The position numbers and the translations under genes are program-made. A stretch of 64,000 nt of DNA from Podarcis muralis (taxonomy: Eukaryota), in the NCBI RefSeq assembly GCF_964188315.1, contig NC_135667.1, positions 22,010,001-22,074,000 on the forward strand, given 5' to 3'. Below the pieces are notes generated by a model. That model ran no database searches, was not told the origin of the DNA, and was given only the letters and a program-made list of their open reading frames with translations. Positions 48,169 to 61,600 of the stretch are shown here, piece by piece. Every line of letters begins with the position of its first letter. Position 1 is the stretch's first letter.

Positions 48169-51100
48169 TGAGTGTTTGAAGCTTGATCATACATTTGGAA
48201 GTTATCTTCTCTGATAAACTGTTACTAGTACTGCCCATTATCTAGCTACTGTACAAAAGCCACTGTACTTAATACCCAACATATTTCCCTGACAGGGACT
48301 CTGAGGCAAATAATTACAGACACAAACCAGTTTCTTCTTCAGCAACTACCTACAGGATTAACAAACATTTCAATCACATGCTAAACCTGGTATAAAGTTG
48401 TTAATTTATAGGCACATTCCTCTGAATTCCAGCTAAAGCCATTCACTTGTAAACTGTACAGTTTGTGCAGAATACTCACCTTCCTGAGCCGAAATCTTCC
48501 CTTCTGGACATGGGATGCAATCATAACAGCAAAATGGTTCCCCATCTTTCACTCTTTTCCTAGTTCCGGGATGGCACCGCTCGGTACATAAGGAAAGAGG
48601 CTGAGACTAATCCATATATGAGAGCCCAGAATAGTAATTTTGAGAATTATGAGATTAGAATATTGAAGCCAACTTTTAGGTGTACTTAAGTGATACTTCC
48701 TTTCAGTAATGTGTCACAAATGCTGCTAGGAAGTGCACCTTTTTAAATTAACATAATAATTATAGTACTACACATTCTTAAGAAACCTTCTTCTGGAAAG
48801 GATGGAGCTTGGTTAATGGCATAGATTGTGATTTCATGTATACATAAACCGGTCAAGATAATAATAATAATAATTTATTTATATCCTGCCCTCCCCAGCT
48901 GAAGCCGGGCTCAGGGTGGCTAACTACAATAAAATAGTGCAACATTCTAAAAACATTTCATTATAAAAATTAATTAAAATCAAATTGATGGCAACCATAA
49001 GCTTAAGTTCTGTAAAGATTGCCAAAGGAGGGAGTCAGGCTGTGCCATGACCAAAGGCCTGGTGGAACAGCTCTGTCTTGCAGGCCCTGCGAAAAGATGT
49101 CAAATCCCGCAGGGCCCTAGTCTCTTGTGACAGAGCATTCCACCAGATTGGAGCCGCAGCCGAAAAAGCCATGGCTCTAGTTGAGGCCAGCCTAAACTCT
49201 CTGTGGCCTGGGACCTTCAGGATGTTTTTATTTGAAGACCATACGGTCCTCTGTGGGACATACCAGGAGACGCGGTCCCATTGGTACGGGGGTCCTAGGC
49301 CGTATAGGGCTTTAAAGGTTAAAACCAGCACTTTAAACCTGATCCTGTACTCCACCGGGAGCCAGTGCAGCTGGTATAGCACTGGGTGAATGTGATCTCA
49401 CAGCGAAGACCCCGTAAGGAGTCTCGCCGCGGCATTCTGCACCCGCTGGAGTTTCTGGGTCAGCCTCAAGGGCAGCCCCAAGTAGAGCGAGTTACAATAA
49501 TCCATTCTGGAGGTGACCGTTGCGTGGATCACAGTGGCTAGGTCAGGGCGAGAGATGTAAGGAGCCAACTGCTTAGCTTGGCGGAGATGAAAAAATGCCG
49601 CCTTTGTCATAGCTGTAATCTGCGCCTCCATGGAGAGGGAGCTATCGAAGATTACACCCAAACTCTTAACGGACAGTGCTGGCACTAATTGTGCCCCCGC
49701 AAGAGATGGGAGTTGCCCCCTCAATCCCGTATCGTCCCGTCCCAGCCAGAGGACCTCTGTCTTCGAAGGATTTAACTTCAACCGGCTCCCATGTAACCAT
49801 CCAGCTACAGCTTCCAAACATCTGATCAGTGTGTCTGGGGCCGAGTCAGGATGGCCATCCATCAACAGATAAAGTTGGGTGTCATCAGCATACTGATGGC
49901 AGCCCAGCCCAAAACTCTGGACAAGCTGGGTGAGGGGGCACCCTGAGGCACTCCACACACAAAGGAGTGGTGCAATGACAATTCCCCCCAAGTGCCACCC
50001 TCTGTCCCTGACCAGAGAGAAACGAGCACAGCCATTGAAGGACTGTGCCCTGGATCCCCACGTCAGCAAGGCAGTGGTCCAGGAGTTCGTGATCGACCAT
50101 GTCGAAGGCTGCTGACAGGTCTAGAAGAATCAGCAGCCCAACCCGCCTCAATCCAGCTGCCTGCGGAGATAATCTGTTAGGGCGACCAGAGCCGTCTCGG
50201 TCCCATGACCAGCTGGACTGGAATGGATCCAGAGCCGATGTTTCATCCAGAAACCCACCAAGCTGTTCAGCAACCACTCTCTCAATCACCTTGGCCAGGA
50301 ATGGAAGATTCGAAACCGGGCGGTAATTTGATAGATCTAAGGGATCTAATGATGTTTTCTTTAAGAGCAGACGCACCACTGCCTCCTTCAATTTCCCTGG
50401 GAATGTCCCGGTGCCAAGGGACAAATTGATGATATCCCCCAGGAGGGCCTGCACCTCATCCGGACATGCTCTAATCAGCCAGGACGGGCACTGGTGTGGA
50501 TCTTTTTGTTTAATACTAGCTCCAAAAAACTTCCTCATCCATCCAATGTAATTTTTACGTTTTCTAAAAAGTTCCAAATCAGACCCTCAGTATTTTATTG
50601 CATTTCCTTATTGTCTGATGAATCTAATTTTACACATCAGGGCAGAGTGCAAGTGCTTACTCAGAACCAGGTGTCTTCTCAAATGGGTGACCATTGAGGC
50701 TTACCTGGTTAAAATGGTTGGGCCAAGTTATGGCATCCCCACTGATGGTCAACCCTTGGTTGGGGTCAACATTCCCAACCTTCACTCTATGAAATGATTG
50801 GTTTGGGGAAACAATCCAGTTGATCACATCAAATCCAGCCACTAACTCCCCATTCTCATCAAAGGAAACCTTGTCCCCACCGCTGTTGTTAAAAGAGACA
50901 CGTCTGAGAAAATTATGTAGCTGATTTGAAGAGGAGAAGGGAAGAGTTGAGAAAAGCCTGCAGTTGGATCGTTGATAGTAAAGTCATTCCTTGTTTATGG
51001 TTTTTGAGTTAGAAAGTATGATAAAGAAGCTCACTCTTTATAATTCAGAAAAGGAGGAGGAAATTCTAATAAATTGAATTTAAAGCACGTTAGGTTCTGA

Positions 51101-54100
51101 AGCTTCTGTTTCTATATTTTTGAGAGTGTTGAAACACAATATTTTAACAGTCAATAAGGCCAACGCGATTTTAGTTTGTGTTGATTCAGTGAGAAAACGA
51201 GCTTGCTTTGGACACCATACAGTATTTCTTAAAAAAATTAACATGTGATTCAAGTGCCATACTTATTCATGCATATGCAACCACTTGGAAGGTAGCATTG
51301 CAAAATACAACACAAAATACAAGATGAGAATATAAAAACCTATACCAAGGGTAATAAATTTTAATAAAGAAGGCAGAGGAAATTCTAATAAATTGACTTT
51401 AAAGCATTTTAGGTTCTAAAGCTTCTGTTTCTATGTTTTCAAGAGCGTTGAATTATACGGTTAGTGTTTTAATAGTCTCTAATGCCAACACCATTTCAGT
51501 TTGGGCTAACTGAGTGAGCAAACAAGCCTACTTCTGACACCATAATATATTATTTTTTTTAAATAAAATATGTGACTTAAAGGGACATACATATTCATGT
51601 AGATCTGCTCCCAGAAGGCTTGGGTCTGGTTCAATAATTTAACAAAATGAATCAGATGCGCAAAATTCATAACAGAATGGCTACCAATCACAAAATATAT
51701 AACAGGGCTTTCACTACAAATGCCATTAGCATCAGTCAGCATGGAAAATGGCCTGGAAGATGGGAACTGAAGTCCAACAACATCTGGAGGGTACGACCAG
51801 TTGGGTGAACTTGGCTGATTGAGGAAATCAAATAGTAATTTGGAAACCTTCTAGGAATTTAAGGACAGAAAGGGGAAAAGGGTATTAAAGCGATATTTAT
51901 ATAGATTAGGATGTGAAGGAATTGGGGACACAGTATTTATGCAAATTACCGGTAATAACTATTGTAGCACACTTATGTTGATCTGCCTTTTGACAATATT
52001 TAGTATGTTACCTGCCACAACTGTTGATTCTGGTACTTCCATCCACTTCTTCTTTCCATTGCTTGATATCTGAATCTAGTTGAAGACATGTAATGCAAAG
52101 CATGGGCTACAGCGCAGACAGCATTGTAGATGCTGTAGCTGTGGCCATTCATGGTCTTCTCAAAGAATGGAGCAGGAAGGCTCTCCAGTTTCTCCTTCCC
52201 AGTGCAAATATTCCCCTTTACATCTTCCACATTTGGATCTGAGAATACACAGTTAAAGGCCTGTTCCCAGAAGTCCCTGATGAAACCATCTCCTTTTGTG
52301 TTTAAAGGATTTCGGTTCTCAACAAATGCTTGGAATGCTAATAGGTCATTGGAATGGATTGAGAAGGACAGGACACCATGGAATATTTCTGTTTCCCAAT
52401 CCCTTTGATAAACTGAGGAAGTGAGTTCCATTTCAGCTGTTGTTATCCACACTAATCCCTTTGGTAGACTTGGTGGATGTTCTGCAAAATACGGAATCCA
52501 TCTCAAAATCAACATGGAATAAGATTCACCATAAAACACAACCACACTGGCTGTACTATTCATAAGTTCATTATGTATTTTTAATCCATCTTCAAGAATT
52601 CCAGCCAATTCAGAGGTGGACATAAAGATAGGCATTGTTTTTATAAAGTCAAAGCAGACACCTCTCTGGGAAAATTTTGGTAAAGCAGTTTGTAAAAAAA
52701 TTTCACCATTTTCATTATCCATTACTAGTACTCCAATCCATATCCATTTGAAATAAAGAAGCAAAGAGAGAATTCCTGTGTATTGAAGTGCTTGATTAGG
52801 TACCATCTGGTAGAAAGAAATTCCTGGGTTTCCATCTGTTTTCAATGGAGCAGAGCCATATATGAGCTAAAGGAATTTTAGTGGAGAAAAAGAAAGGCGA
52901 TAATAATAGAATGCAAATTGCATATTAAAGTTTTCAAATCCATTCATGGAAATTGGAAACCAGTGCTTTCACCTCTGCTGATGGAAGCCAACTATAGAAT
53001 CTCATAGAATTGTAGAGTTGGAAGGGACCCCAAGAGTCATTTATTCCAAGCCCTTGCAAAGCAAGAATCTCTACTAAGGCACCCAGGATAGATAGCCATC
53101 CATCAGAGAATGAATTCTCACAATTCCATCTCTATGAAGAATGAAATATATCTGTTATAGAGGATTGGGGACCGCACCCCAGCAGATATTTTCTAGTTTG
53201 AGGGCAAAAGGATGCAAAAAATTGCAAAAACAAAACAAAACCCAAAACACCAACACCACACCACCCCGCTCCAATTTCCACTGATAAATGGATTTTGCCA
53301 GTGAATTCCACCCATATATTATATTAGCAACCCTTAGAAATACAACGTCAGGTACTGAATTTGACTATTCAAATGCTTGAGTTAGGCATTCATGGCTGAA
53401 AGAATATACAATGATCAATAGCCATCAAGTGGATTTATGCACTGAGAGGAAATGCACTGTGGATTTCCTTGCTCAAAGTTTGCATCTATAATTGCTTGAT
53501 TACAGCAACATTCTCAGAGCAAAATTCTTATTGACACATTATTTGACCAGTGAGAGCAGCGAAATAATCAGACTGTACAACGGTTATAGGATAAAATCAG
53601 ACCAAATTTTGATTAACATCAGCAGGAAGGGTAATATTTGGCATGCCATTAGTGACAGGATCAGTTCATATTCCACAAGCCCCATGATGATGGAACAGAT
53701 CTGCTGGATTTGGACCAGCCCAAGCCCATCCCATGGGTGTTGGCCAGGGTTCAACCTTGCTGTGGTGCAAGCCAAGGAATCAAGGTCTCACTAGGTAACC
53801 AGGGTGGAGTTTCCACCCAGGTAGATACACAACCCAAGTTTGGGCGTGCTGTGGTAAATCCTGCTATCAGGCCCCTTATGGGGGTTCCCCTATACTATGT
53901 TGATCTTGCCTGATGCCATTCCCCCCTTCATACAAACAATTTTCTTCCACCTAACAAAAAAGGACACAATTTTACTAAGGAAACATGAAACAAACCCCTG
54001 TCACCTAGTAACCCCAAATTGCATTTTAAACTCCTCCTGAAATAAATACAGTAACACAAAAGAAAATTCTTATTGCCCAGTTAGGCACGTTATTTGACAA

Positions 54101-55894
54101 ATGACAGCAGTGAAATAAGGAAATATGAAACAAACCCCAACCAAATGCCAATCAGGTTGAGAGGAAAAAATCATTTCCAGCCATGTCAACTAGCAACCCA
54201 AAATTGCACATTTAAACTCCTGAAATAAATAAAGTAACAGCAGCACTCACAGCATCTTAAAAACCTTATCAGAAACAGGATCCTAAAACTCAGTTTGCAT
54301 GTGAGATTCATAAAAAAGGAAGTCTCCGTATTTTTAAGACTCACATTAATGTCTGGAAATAATAGAATAGGAAATGTGGAGGGTCACATAGAGGGAGGGA
54401 GGGAAAGAGAAAGCAGAGCTCTCCTACCTGTGGAACTTTATAGTTTTTCAAGAGTGTCGCCACATTGATGGAAATTGGGGCATCCACTCCGCCAATGACT
54501 GCTATTAGATTTTTCTGTTGCTCACATATGTAGTTAGGGATAAATCTCTCCTCTGTGGATAAAAGTAGCATTGTAGCATGATAAGTCCTCTTTGCATTGC
54601 AATAGCTGTCATAGATGTGGAAGCCCAACGTGAGATTGGGTAAGAGGTGAGGGTTTTCATTGATCTCTTTGACTGTGAATGCCAAAGCCAGGATGTGCTG
54701 GTAATGCTTAGGGACTATGCTGAAAGAAGTGTGAGATTCTTTTTCAGAAGGATATTCCATACTTAGTTTAGTTATTACCAATGTTTTCTGTGTCTCTTTT
54801 ATTAACAATCAATTATTACAGTATTTATATATAAGTTGGGTATAATTATAAGGTGGCCTACATAAATATAAAAAAATAACTATGTAAGCAGTCACATTTA
54901 CAATATAAAACTCTCCATTCTGATTAAAATAAGTTTTTAGATTTTTATCATTTATTTTATTATAAAGCTTTTTTGAAAATAAGCAAAAAAAAAAAAAAAA
55001 AAAAACACCCCACCATCCCATCTGTTTTGTTATATTTTAACAAAACAGATGGGATGGTGGGTTTTTTGTTTTTGTTTTTTTTAACTGGTGAAGATGGAGC
55101 AGATTGGGGAGGCAATCCTATGGCAATATCTACCAGGATGAGCATTTTAGAATTCACTGGATCTCTGGCTTAACCTTGCTCAGTTGGTATTAATTCCTCA
55201 ACCCCAGTTCAGCTTAGCATACATGAGCATAACTTAGTCATCATAGAAAATGGAGGGTTCAGATGGCTGTGATGAAGCTGGTTGAGCCAAGCTGGTCTAA
55301 GACTGAAAAAAGGAGCATGCCAGGGGCAATGCAGAGGTGGAACCAGAGAGCAGAACTTTTGCTAGATCCTAAGCATGTTCAGTTGGTCATGTGACCTGGC
55401 AATCTAGCATAGTACGCTTTCCCCCCTCAGCCAGGCATGGACAGAGTAGCAGCAGGAGCCCTGCTGCCGAACAGGGTTTAGATCTGGTGTAACTTTATGC
55501 TGCATTAATTTGCAGCATCTCACTTCACACTAGCTTTTGGTGGATAGGATTTATGCCTCCATTTTGTGTTCTTTAGCTGCAGCTCTAGCACAAATTGTCC
55601 TAGTGGAATCTTATTATTATATAAAATAAATTAATACAATACTTGGAAAGGAAAAAAACAATCATTCAGGATTTACACTAATGGTTCTGTCAATGTTGGC
55701 AGGGGTTCTTCCCTGAAGGCTAGTTCACTGAGCATGACACCAGCATCATAAGCAATTCCACCAATTATGAAATCTCCTTGTTGATGATATTTGTGAAGTG
55801 GAGGCTGTGGGTAATAGATACTGCACTGAACAGTGTGAGTCTGGCATCCCATTGGAGGAAGCAGAGCCAGCAGCAAAATGACTACAACCACCAT
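45649..55894 (-). CDS. Vmn2r: V2R gene 5, complete, 869 aa, X-type 7TM exon
   Basis: Exons 55894-55677, 54719-54428, 52866-52012, 50920-50705, 48606-48480, 46550-45649, in frame. Confidence 0.93.
46626..47365 (-). mobile_element. Solo-LTR-like element A, gene 5 intron 5
   Basis: About 740 bp, TG...CA ends, minus-strand AATAAAGTTG about 100 nt from its 3' end; site empty at 58745-58755; no clear TSD. Confidence 0.6.
48105..48170. repeat. (CT)n(GT)n microsatellite
   Basis: Direct. Confidence 0.97.
48480..48606 (-). CDS. Vmn2r: V2R gene 5 exon 5
   Basis: 127 nt cysteine-rich exon. Confidence 0.92.
48858..50502 (-). mobile_element. 5'-truncated L2-clade LINE, gene 5 intron 4
   Basis: Frameshifted RT: [43 protein letters not shown]; (TTA)n tail at 48858-48875. 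Confidence 0.9.
50705..50920 (-). CDS. Vmn2r: V2R gene 5 exon 4
   Basis: 216 nt. Confidence 0.92.
52012..52866 (-). CDS. Vmn2r: V2R gene 5 exon 3
   Basis: 855 nt, open; more divergent than genes 1-4. Confidence 0.93.
54428..54719 (-). CDS. Vmn2r: V2R gene 5 exon 2
   Basis: 292 nt. Confidence 0.92.
55677..55894 (-). CDS. Vmn2r: V2R gene 5 exon 1
   Basis: 218 nt; donor gtaaat. Confidence 0.88.
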
Positions 55895-56318
55895 CCTCAG
55901 TACAGAAGTCTGAAGGCTGGAGTATCCAAGAGCAGAGCTGTGAACCCCTGTGTGTACCCAGCGCCACTCCATATCCCTGACTTTTACTGGATATATTTAT
56001 GACAACCTTCACACTCTTTGCTCTCTGTTCTGCTAACAGCCAAAGAAGTTCCTCAGGGGTTTGGCTGAATATCATAACAAATGACAGCCCTTCTGACTAG
56101 CCAATTGTGTAGTTAATTATTACATTAACAACAATTCCTAAATGGAGGGTGTGGAGTCCTTTAGGAATTAAGAAAAGTTGTTTGTCACGTATTCTGGAGA
56201 GAAGATTTCCCTCACGCTTTAGTTAGGTAGGAAGGCAGGGAAAGTTTGGAATGACCCGCAGCATGAAGAGGACACTGGATTCAAATATTTGTGGTAGGGG
56301 TTAGCAACAAGGTATTCA

Positions 56319-56686
56319 GGGACGGGGTGGCGCTGTGGGTAAAACCTCAGCGCCTAGGACTTGCCGATCGTATGGTTGGCGGTTCGAATCCCCACGGAGG
56401 GGTGAGCTCCCGTCATTCAGTCCCAGCTCCTGCCCACCTAGCAGTTCGAAAGCACTCTTAAGTGCAAGTAGATAAATAGGTACCGCTTTATAGCGGGAAG
56501 GTAAACGGCGTTTCCGTGTGCTGCGCTGGTGCAGGCTCGCCAGAGCAGCTTCGTCACGCTGGCCACATGACCTGGAAGTGTCTCCGGACAGCGCTGGCAC
56601 CCGGCCTCTTAAGTGAGATGGGCGCACAACCCTAGAGTCAGACACGACTGGCCTGTACGGGCAGGGGTACCTTTATCTTTACCTTC
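56319..56686 (+). mobile_element. Sauria SINE upstream of gene 5
   Basis: Full head gggacggggtggcgctgtggg..., ACCTTT-type tail, short attca duplication; site empty in genes 1-4. Confidence 0.9.
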
Positions 56687-57771
56687 ATTCATGGATACCT
56701 TATGCCTGCGTCTCCTTCTTATTGCACTATGAGCGGTCTCAATAAATGTTCCCTCATAAATCCACATTAAACAAGAGGATGTTGGTCAGGATATGGGGGA
56801 GCACTTGAGAAGCATTAACTGCCTCAAAGCACCCCTTTTACCAGAGAGTTATGAGTTTGAAGCCAACTGTGAGACGCTTAGTAAGATTGACCTGTGATGC
56901 ATCAAGCGATAGGCACTGACAGACTCAATATGTATTCTGCCTGCTGTCACCTCCTGACATCTGCTGTCACCTGCTGAAGGAAGGACAACCGGGAGAGATA
57001 AATTCTCTATGGAGGAAGTTCCCAAGTCTGTATGTAGCCACTGAGAAGGCCCTCTCCTGCTTCGCTACCAAGTGAACCTGTGAGGGTGGCAAGAACAAAA
57101 AAAGGACTTCCCCCAAAGATCTCAAAACCCGGGCTATTGAGGCCATTAAAAGTGCACATATGGAGGCAAATAATGTGAATAAAAGCTGACTCTTTGAAAT
57201 AAAAATTCTGCCATGCAAAAATATGGTTCAAAAGATTTACTGCAGAACTTTACTCTGAAGCAACTTGAAACAAATAAAGTTACATTCAGATAGTTGAATG
57301 ATGTCTTATACTTGTCCAAGGTTAGCACACTTGGATTCCAATATATATATATCTTCGAGTGCTAAAATTCCAAGCTTTGTCCTTCCTCCGTTCCAGTCTC
57401 CATTAGCCTGAGGCTCTTTTCTTGGAGATAGATAAGCAAATGGACTTGTAACACTAGAGGTTTCATGTGATTCTAAGCTAAACACCTTGTGATGGACCCA
57501 GATGAGATTTAGCCCCACTTAATCATTAACTGCTAAACTCTTCTCTCAGCTCTTCTTTAGCTTCAATAGAAGTTTCCATGCTATGCTTCACAACCTAAAT
57601 ACAGACACATTACAGATTTATTTTCCATTTCAGTGTACAATTAAACAATTTTATTCAACACAGGAGCATGCAAAACAATGAAGAAATGAAGATAACATAG
57701 CAGAGCAAGCCAATTTTAACCCCTTGTCTGGTGATCACTCTTCATACATGCATGCTATGCACTCAAATTCT

Positions 57772-58673
57772 TCAGGTCTTATTTCTTATTAGATGTTCCC
57801 TTTCGTTCAACTCAGGCCGCAACACAATAATGTAGCATTTTGGGGCAAAGATGCAACCCAGCAGACCAGCACCAGATGCTAAGATAGAAAAGATCTCCAC
57901 AGCAACCATGTATTTTCCCTTGGTACTGAGATAGGTTGGAACAAAAGATACCCAAACACTGCAAAAGACCAGCATACTGAAAGTGATGAACTTCGCTTCA
58001 TTGAAACTGTCAGGTAACTTCCTGGCAATGAAAGCTACAGTGAAGCTGACAAGAGCCAGGAAGCCCATGTAGCTCAAGACAGAGCAAAACATAGTCACAG
58101 AGCCCTCATTACATTCCAGTACAATTTCTTTAGTGACTGAGTGCAAGTCGACATCTGGAAATGGTGGTGAAGATGCCAGCCACACAGTACAGATGCCTGC
58201 TTGAATAAAGGAACAAGACACCACAATGGCAATAGCCAGTCTCTTCCCCACCCACTTCCTCATCCTGGATCCTGGCTTGGTGGCCATGAAAGCCAAAACC
58301 ACTGTCATGGTTTTTGCTAGCACACAAGAAACAGCCACTGAGAAGATAATGCCAAAAGCCGTCTGTCGGAGGAGGCACACCACAATTCCAGGTTGTCCAA
58401 GGAATAGTAATGCAGACAGGAAGCAGAGCAGGAGAGAAATTAGCAGCATATAAGTGAGGTCTTTGTTGTTTGCTTTGACAATGGGTGTGTGGTGGTGCTT
58501 CAAAAATGTTCCCAGGACCAGAACTGTGATGAAGGAAAAAGTAAAAGCAAAGCAGGCTAAACTGATGCCCAGAGGTTCCTCATAGGACAAAAAGGTTGTT
58601 TCCTTGGGTATACACGTATCCTGATTATTATTTGGATATTTTTCTTCTGAGCATATATTACATTCGTTCATGT
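57772..58673 (-). CDS. Vmn2r: V2R exon 6 (7TM, X type) downstream of gene 6 exon 5
   Basis: ORF 57772..58671 intact, intact ttttcag acceptor. Confidence 0.93.
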
Positions 58674-61600
58674 CTGAAAATGAAAATACGTGGTCTTAAT
58701 CAGAGAAAGTGAACACATATTCTGTAGAAATCATGTCTACCTGAATTATGTTTTAATGGCTATTGTTTAATCGTTAAAGATGTTTGATTACGAAAGTTTT
58801 CTGTCTTGTCTGGTGAATCCCTATTAAGTGGTGTTTGGAGTTTTAACTGACATCTGCGAAGAACATTGTGTGTTAGAATAATCTGTAAGCAAAATAAGGC
58901 TAGGAGTTAAGGCTAAACTGATGCCCACAATTTCCTCATAGGACAAAAATCTTATTTTATTGGGAATACACATTTGTGATTATTGTTTTGTTAGCCTTCT
59001 TCTGGGCAATTTTTACAGACATTCATGTCTGGGCGGGGGGGGGGGGGAGTCTGATTTTGAAAAAAACAACAATAAACATATTGAGCAGAAATCCTGCAAT
59101 TTAATGGCTTTAAAAAACATGTTCTGATATTCATATTATAATATATGTTGTATCCCTTTCAGACAACTGCAGTGCCTGGAAACCAGCAGTCAGATTGCCC
59201 ATCCATAGCAGTAACCAATGGAGGAAGGACTCCTGGGAGGAGCACACAATGGTGCATTTGCAGCAGCACAACTGGATGCCTTCAGCTGCCCCAGCTGCAA
59301 CAAAACATGTCTCTTCCATATTGGTCGCTACAGTCACAGCAGGCACTGTAACCTTCCAACTCTCCTCCCAAAGGCACACTCCGCTATTGTCTCCCAAGAC
59401 AGAGAAATGTTTGCATCACATTTCAAACATGCAAGAAAATTAATTCTGATATCACTCACTCCTCTGACTTTCAGCCTTTGCTCTGTATGGTATATGTATA
59501 ATTCTTACCCTCCTGGACTGAAATCTCTCCTTCTGAGCATGGGATACAATCACAGCAGCAAAATGGCCTTCCCTCTTTCACTTTCTTCCTAGAGCCAGGA
59601 TGGCATTGCTCAGTACATAAAGAAACAGGCTGAGACTAATCCACAAGTGAGATAAAATTGAGAATAATGAGATTAGAATATTTGGGGAAATTTTTCTTAT
59701 TTTCCTAAGTAACACCTCCATCCAGTAAGGTATGATCAATGCTACGAGCAAGTGTTCATTCCCTATATTTGCACAACTGTGGTACCACAGACTTTTAAGA
59801 AACCATCTACTTGAATGAATGGAGCTTGGTTGAATGTTAAATGACATTGATTGTGATTTCATGTATACTTAAGCTAGTGTCAATATAATTAATTGTACTT
59901 CCCCCCTCCAAACAACTTCTAAATTAATACAGTGGTACCTCGGGTTACAGACGCTTAAGGTTACAGATGCTTCAGGTTACAGACTCCGCTAACCCAGAAA
60001 TAGTACCTCGGGTTAAGATCTTTGCTTCAGGATGAGAACAGAAATCGTGCTCTGGCGGCACTGCAGCAGTGGGAGGCCCTATTAGCTAAAGTGGTACCTC
60101 AGGTTAAGAACAGTTTCAGGTTAAGAAAGGACCTCCAGAATGAATTAGGTTCTTAACCTGAGGTACCACTGTATAGACAAGAATACAGCAACCAAAAGAA
60201 TCCTATTTTTTCAATCCATTTATTGTGCTTCTTACAATTTTTTTATGTTGTATTTATTGGACATCCTCATTGTCTAATGAAATTGATTTCTGACATCAAG
60301 ACAGATAGACAGGGACCACTGAGGCTTACCTGGTTAAAATGGTTGGGCCATGTTATGGTATCCCCACTGATGGTCAACCCTTGGTTGGGGTCAACATTCC
60401 CAACCTTCACTCTATGAAATGATTGGTTTGGGGAAACAATCCAGTTGATCACATCAAATCCAGCCTTTAACATCCCATTCTGGTCAAAGGAAATCTTGTC
60501 CCCACCACTGTTGTTAAAGGAGACACGTCTGAGAAAGTGATGGAGCTCAATAAGAAAGGAAAAGGCAAAAGTTAAGAAAAGTCTGCAGTTGGATCTTCTG
60601 TATTAAGGTCTGATATTGTTTATGGTGTTGTATTCATTACAGATGTGCTGTGTGATTCAGGGACAGGAGAAATTATTAGCTGCAATTCCTAGAGATTTCA
60701 AAGTGATTTCCAAAATTCAATATACAAACAAAGGCTGATAAAATATTTTTATTCACTTTCATATAGAAAGTTCTTAGACCATAAAGGAAAAGCAGAGGTG
60801 GTAGTTAAAATACCCCTCATTTGTGTTTCATTGGCAGTAGTAGCTCGCCCCCATTTGCCAGTGACACACCTACTGGGAAGCTAGCATTCTGGCTCCCCAC
60901 ATCTCTCAGGTGCTGCCCTCCACTCCACCACCACCCAAACTCAACGTGCTTGTACTTTGGGTTTACACAGTGTGAAAAAGCCTACTTCTTACACCACGTA
61001 ATGTGGTTTTTGTTTGTTTTGTTTTTTAGAAAAGTGATTTCATAGGCATGCATGCTCATGTAGATCCACTCCCAGAAAGGCTGTCCTTGGGATCATAAAT
61101 AAGTCAGATGCATTAAAGTCTTAATCAGGTGGCAACCATAATGCACAATATAGAATAGAACTAGCCAATGTGGAACTCAACAGATGTCTTTTTATTAGAA
61201 AAGATGTCAGCCCTAAACAGCATGGACAATAGTCTGGGTTGATGGGAACTGTAGTTTAACAATATCTGGAGGACACTGTCCATTGGCTGGACCTGGTTGA
61301 TTAAAAGGATCAAACAGTCAGATGGAGACCACTCAAGAAGATAAGGAAGGATAAGAAGAAGAGTTCCTAAAGTGATAACTGCATACCATTTCAATAACCT
61401 AAAGAACACTTAAAGATAGCCTACATAGATCAGGAACATAATAAAAATGCATACTGTTAATGTGCTCAAAATGAGAGAAAGCTGGTGGTCTGGGATGGGA
61501 AATGAAGGGGAGTTGAAAATATGAGGATGGTCAGAGTTTAGGGAGACAGTTTTATTACATATATTTGGGTCTATTGTAGCAGAGTTGTAGTGCTCTGTCA

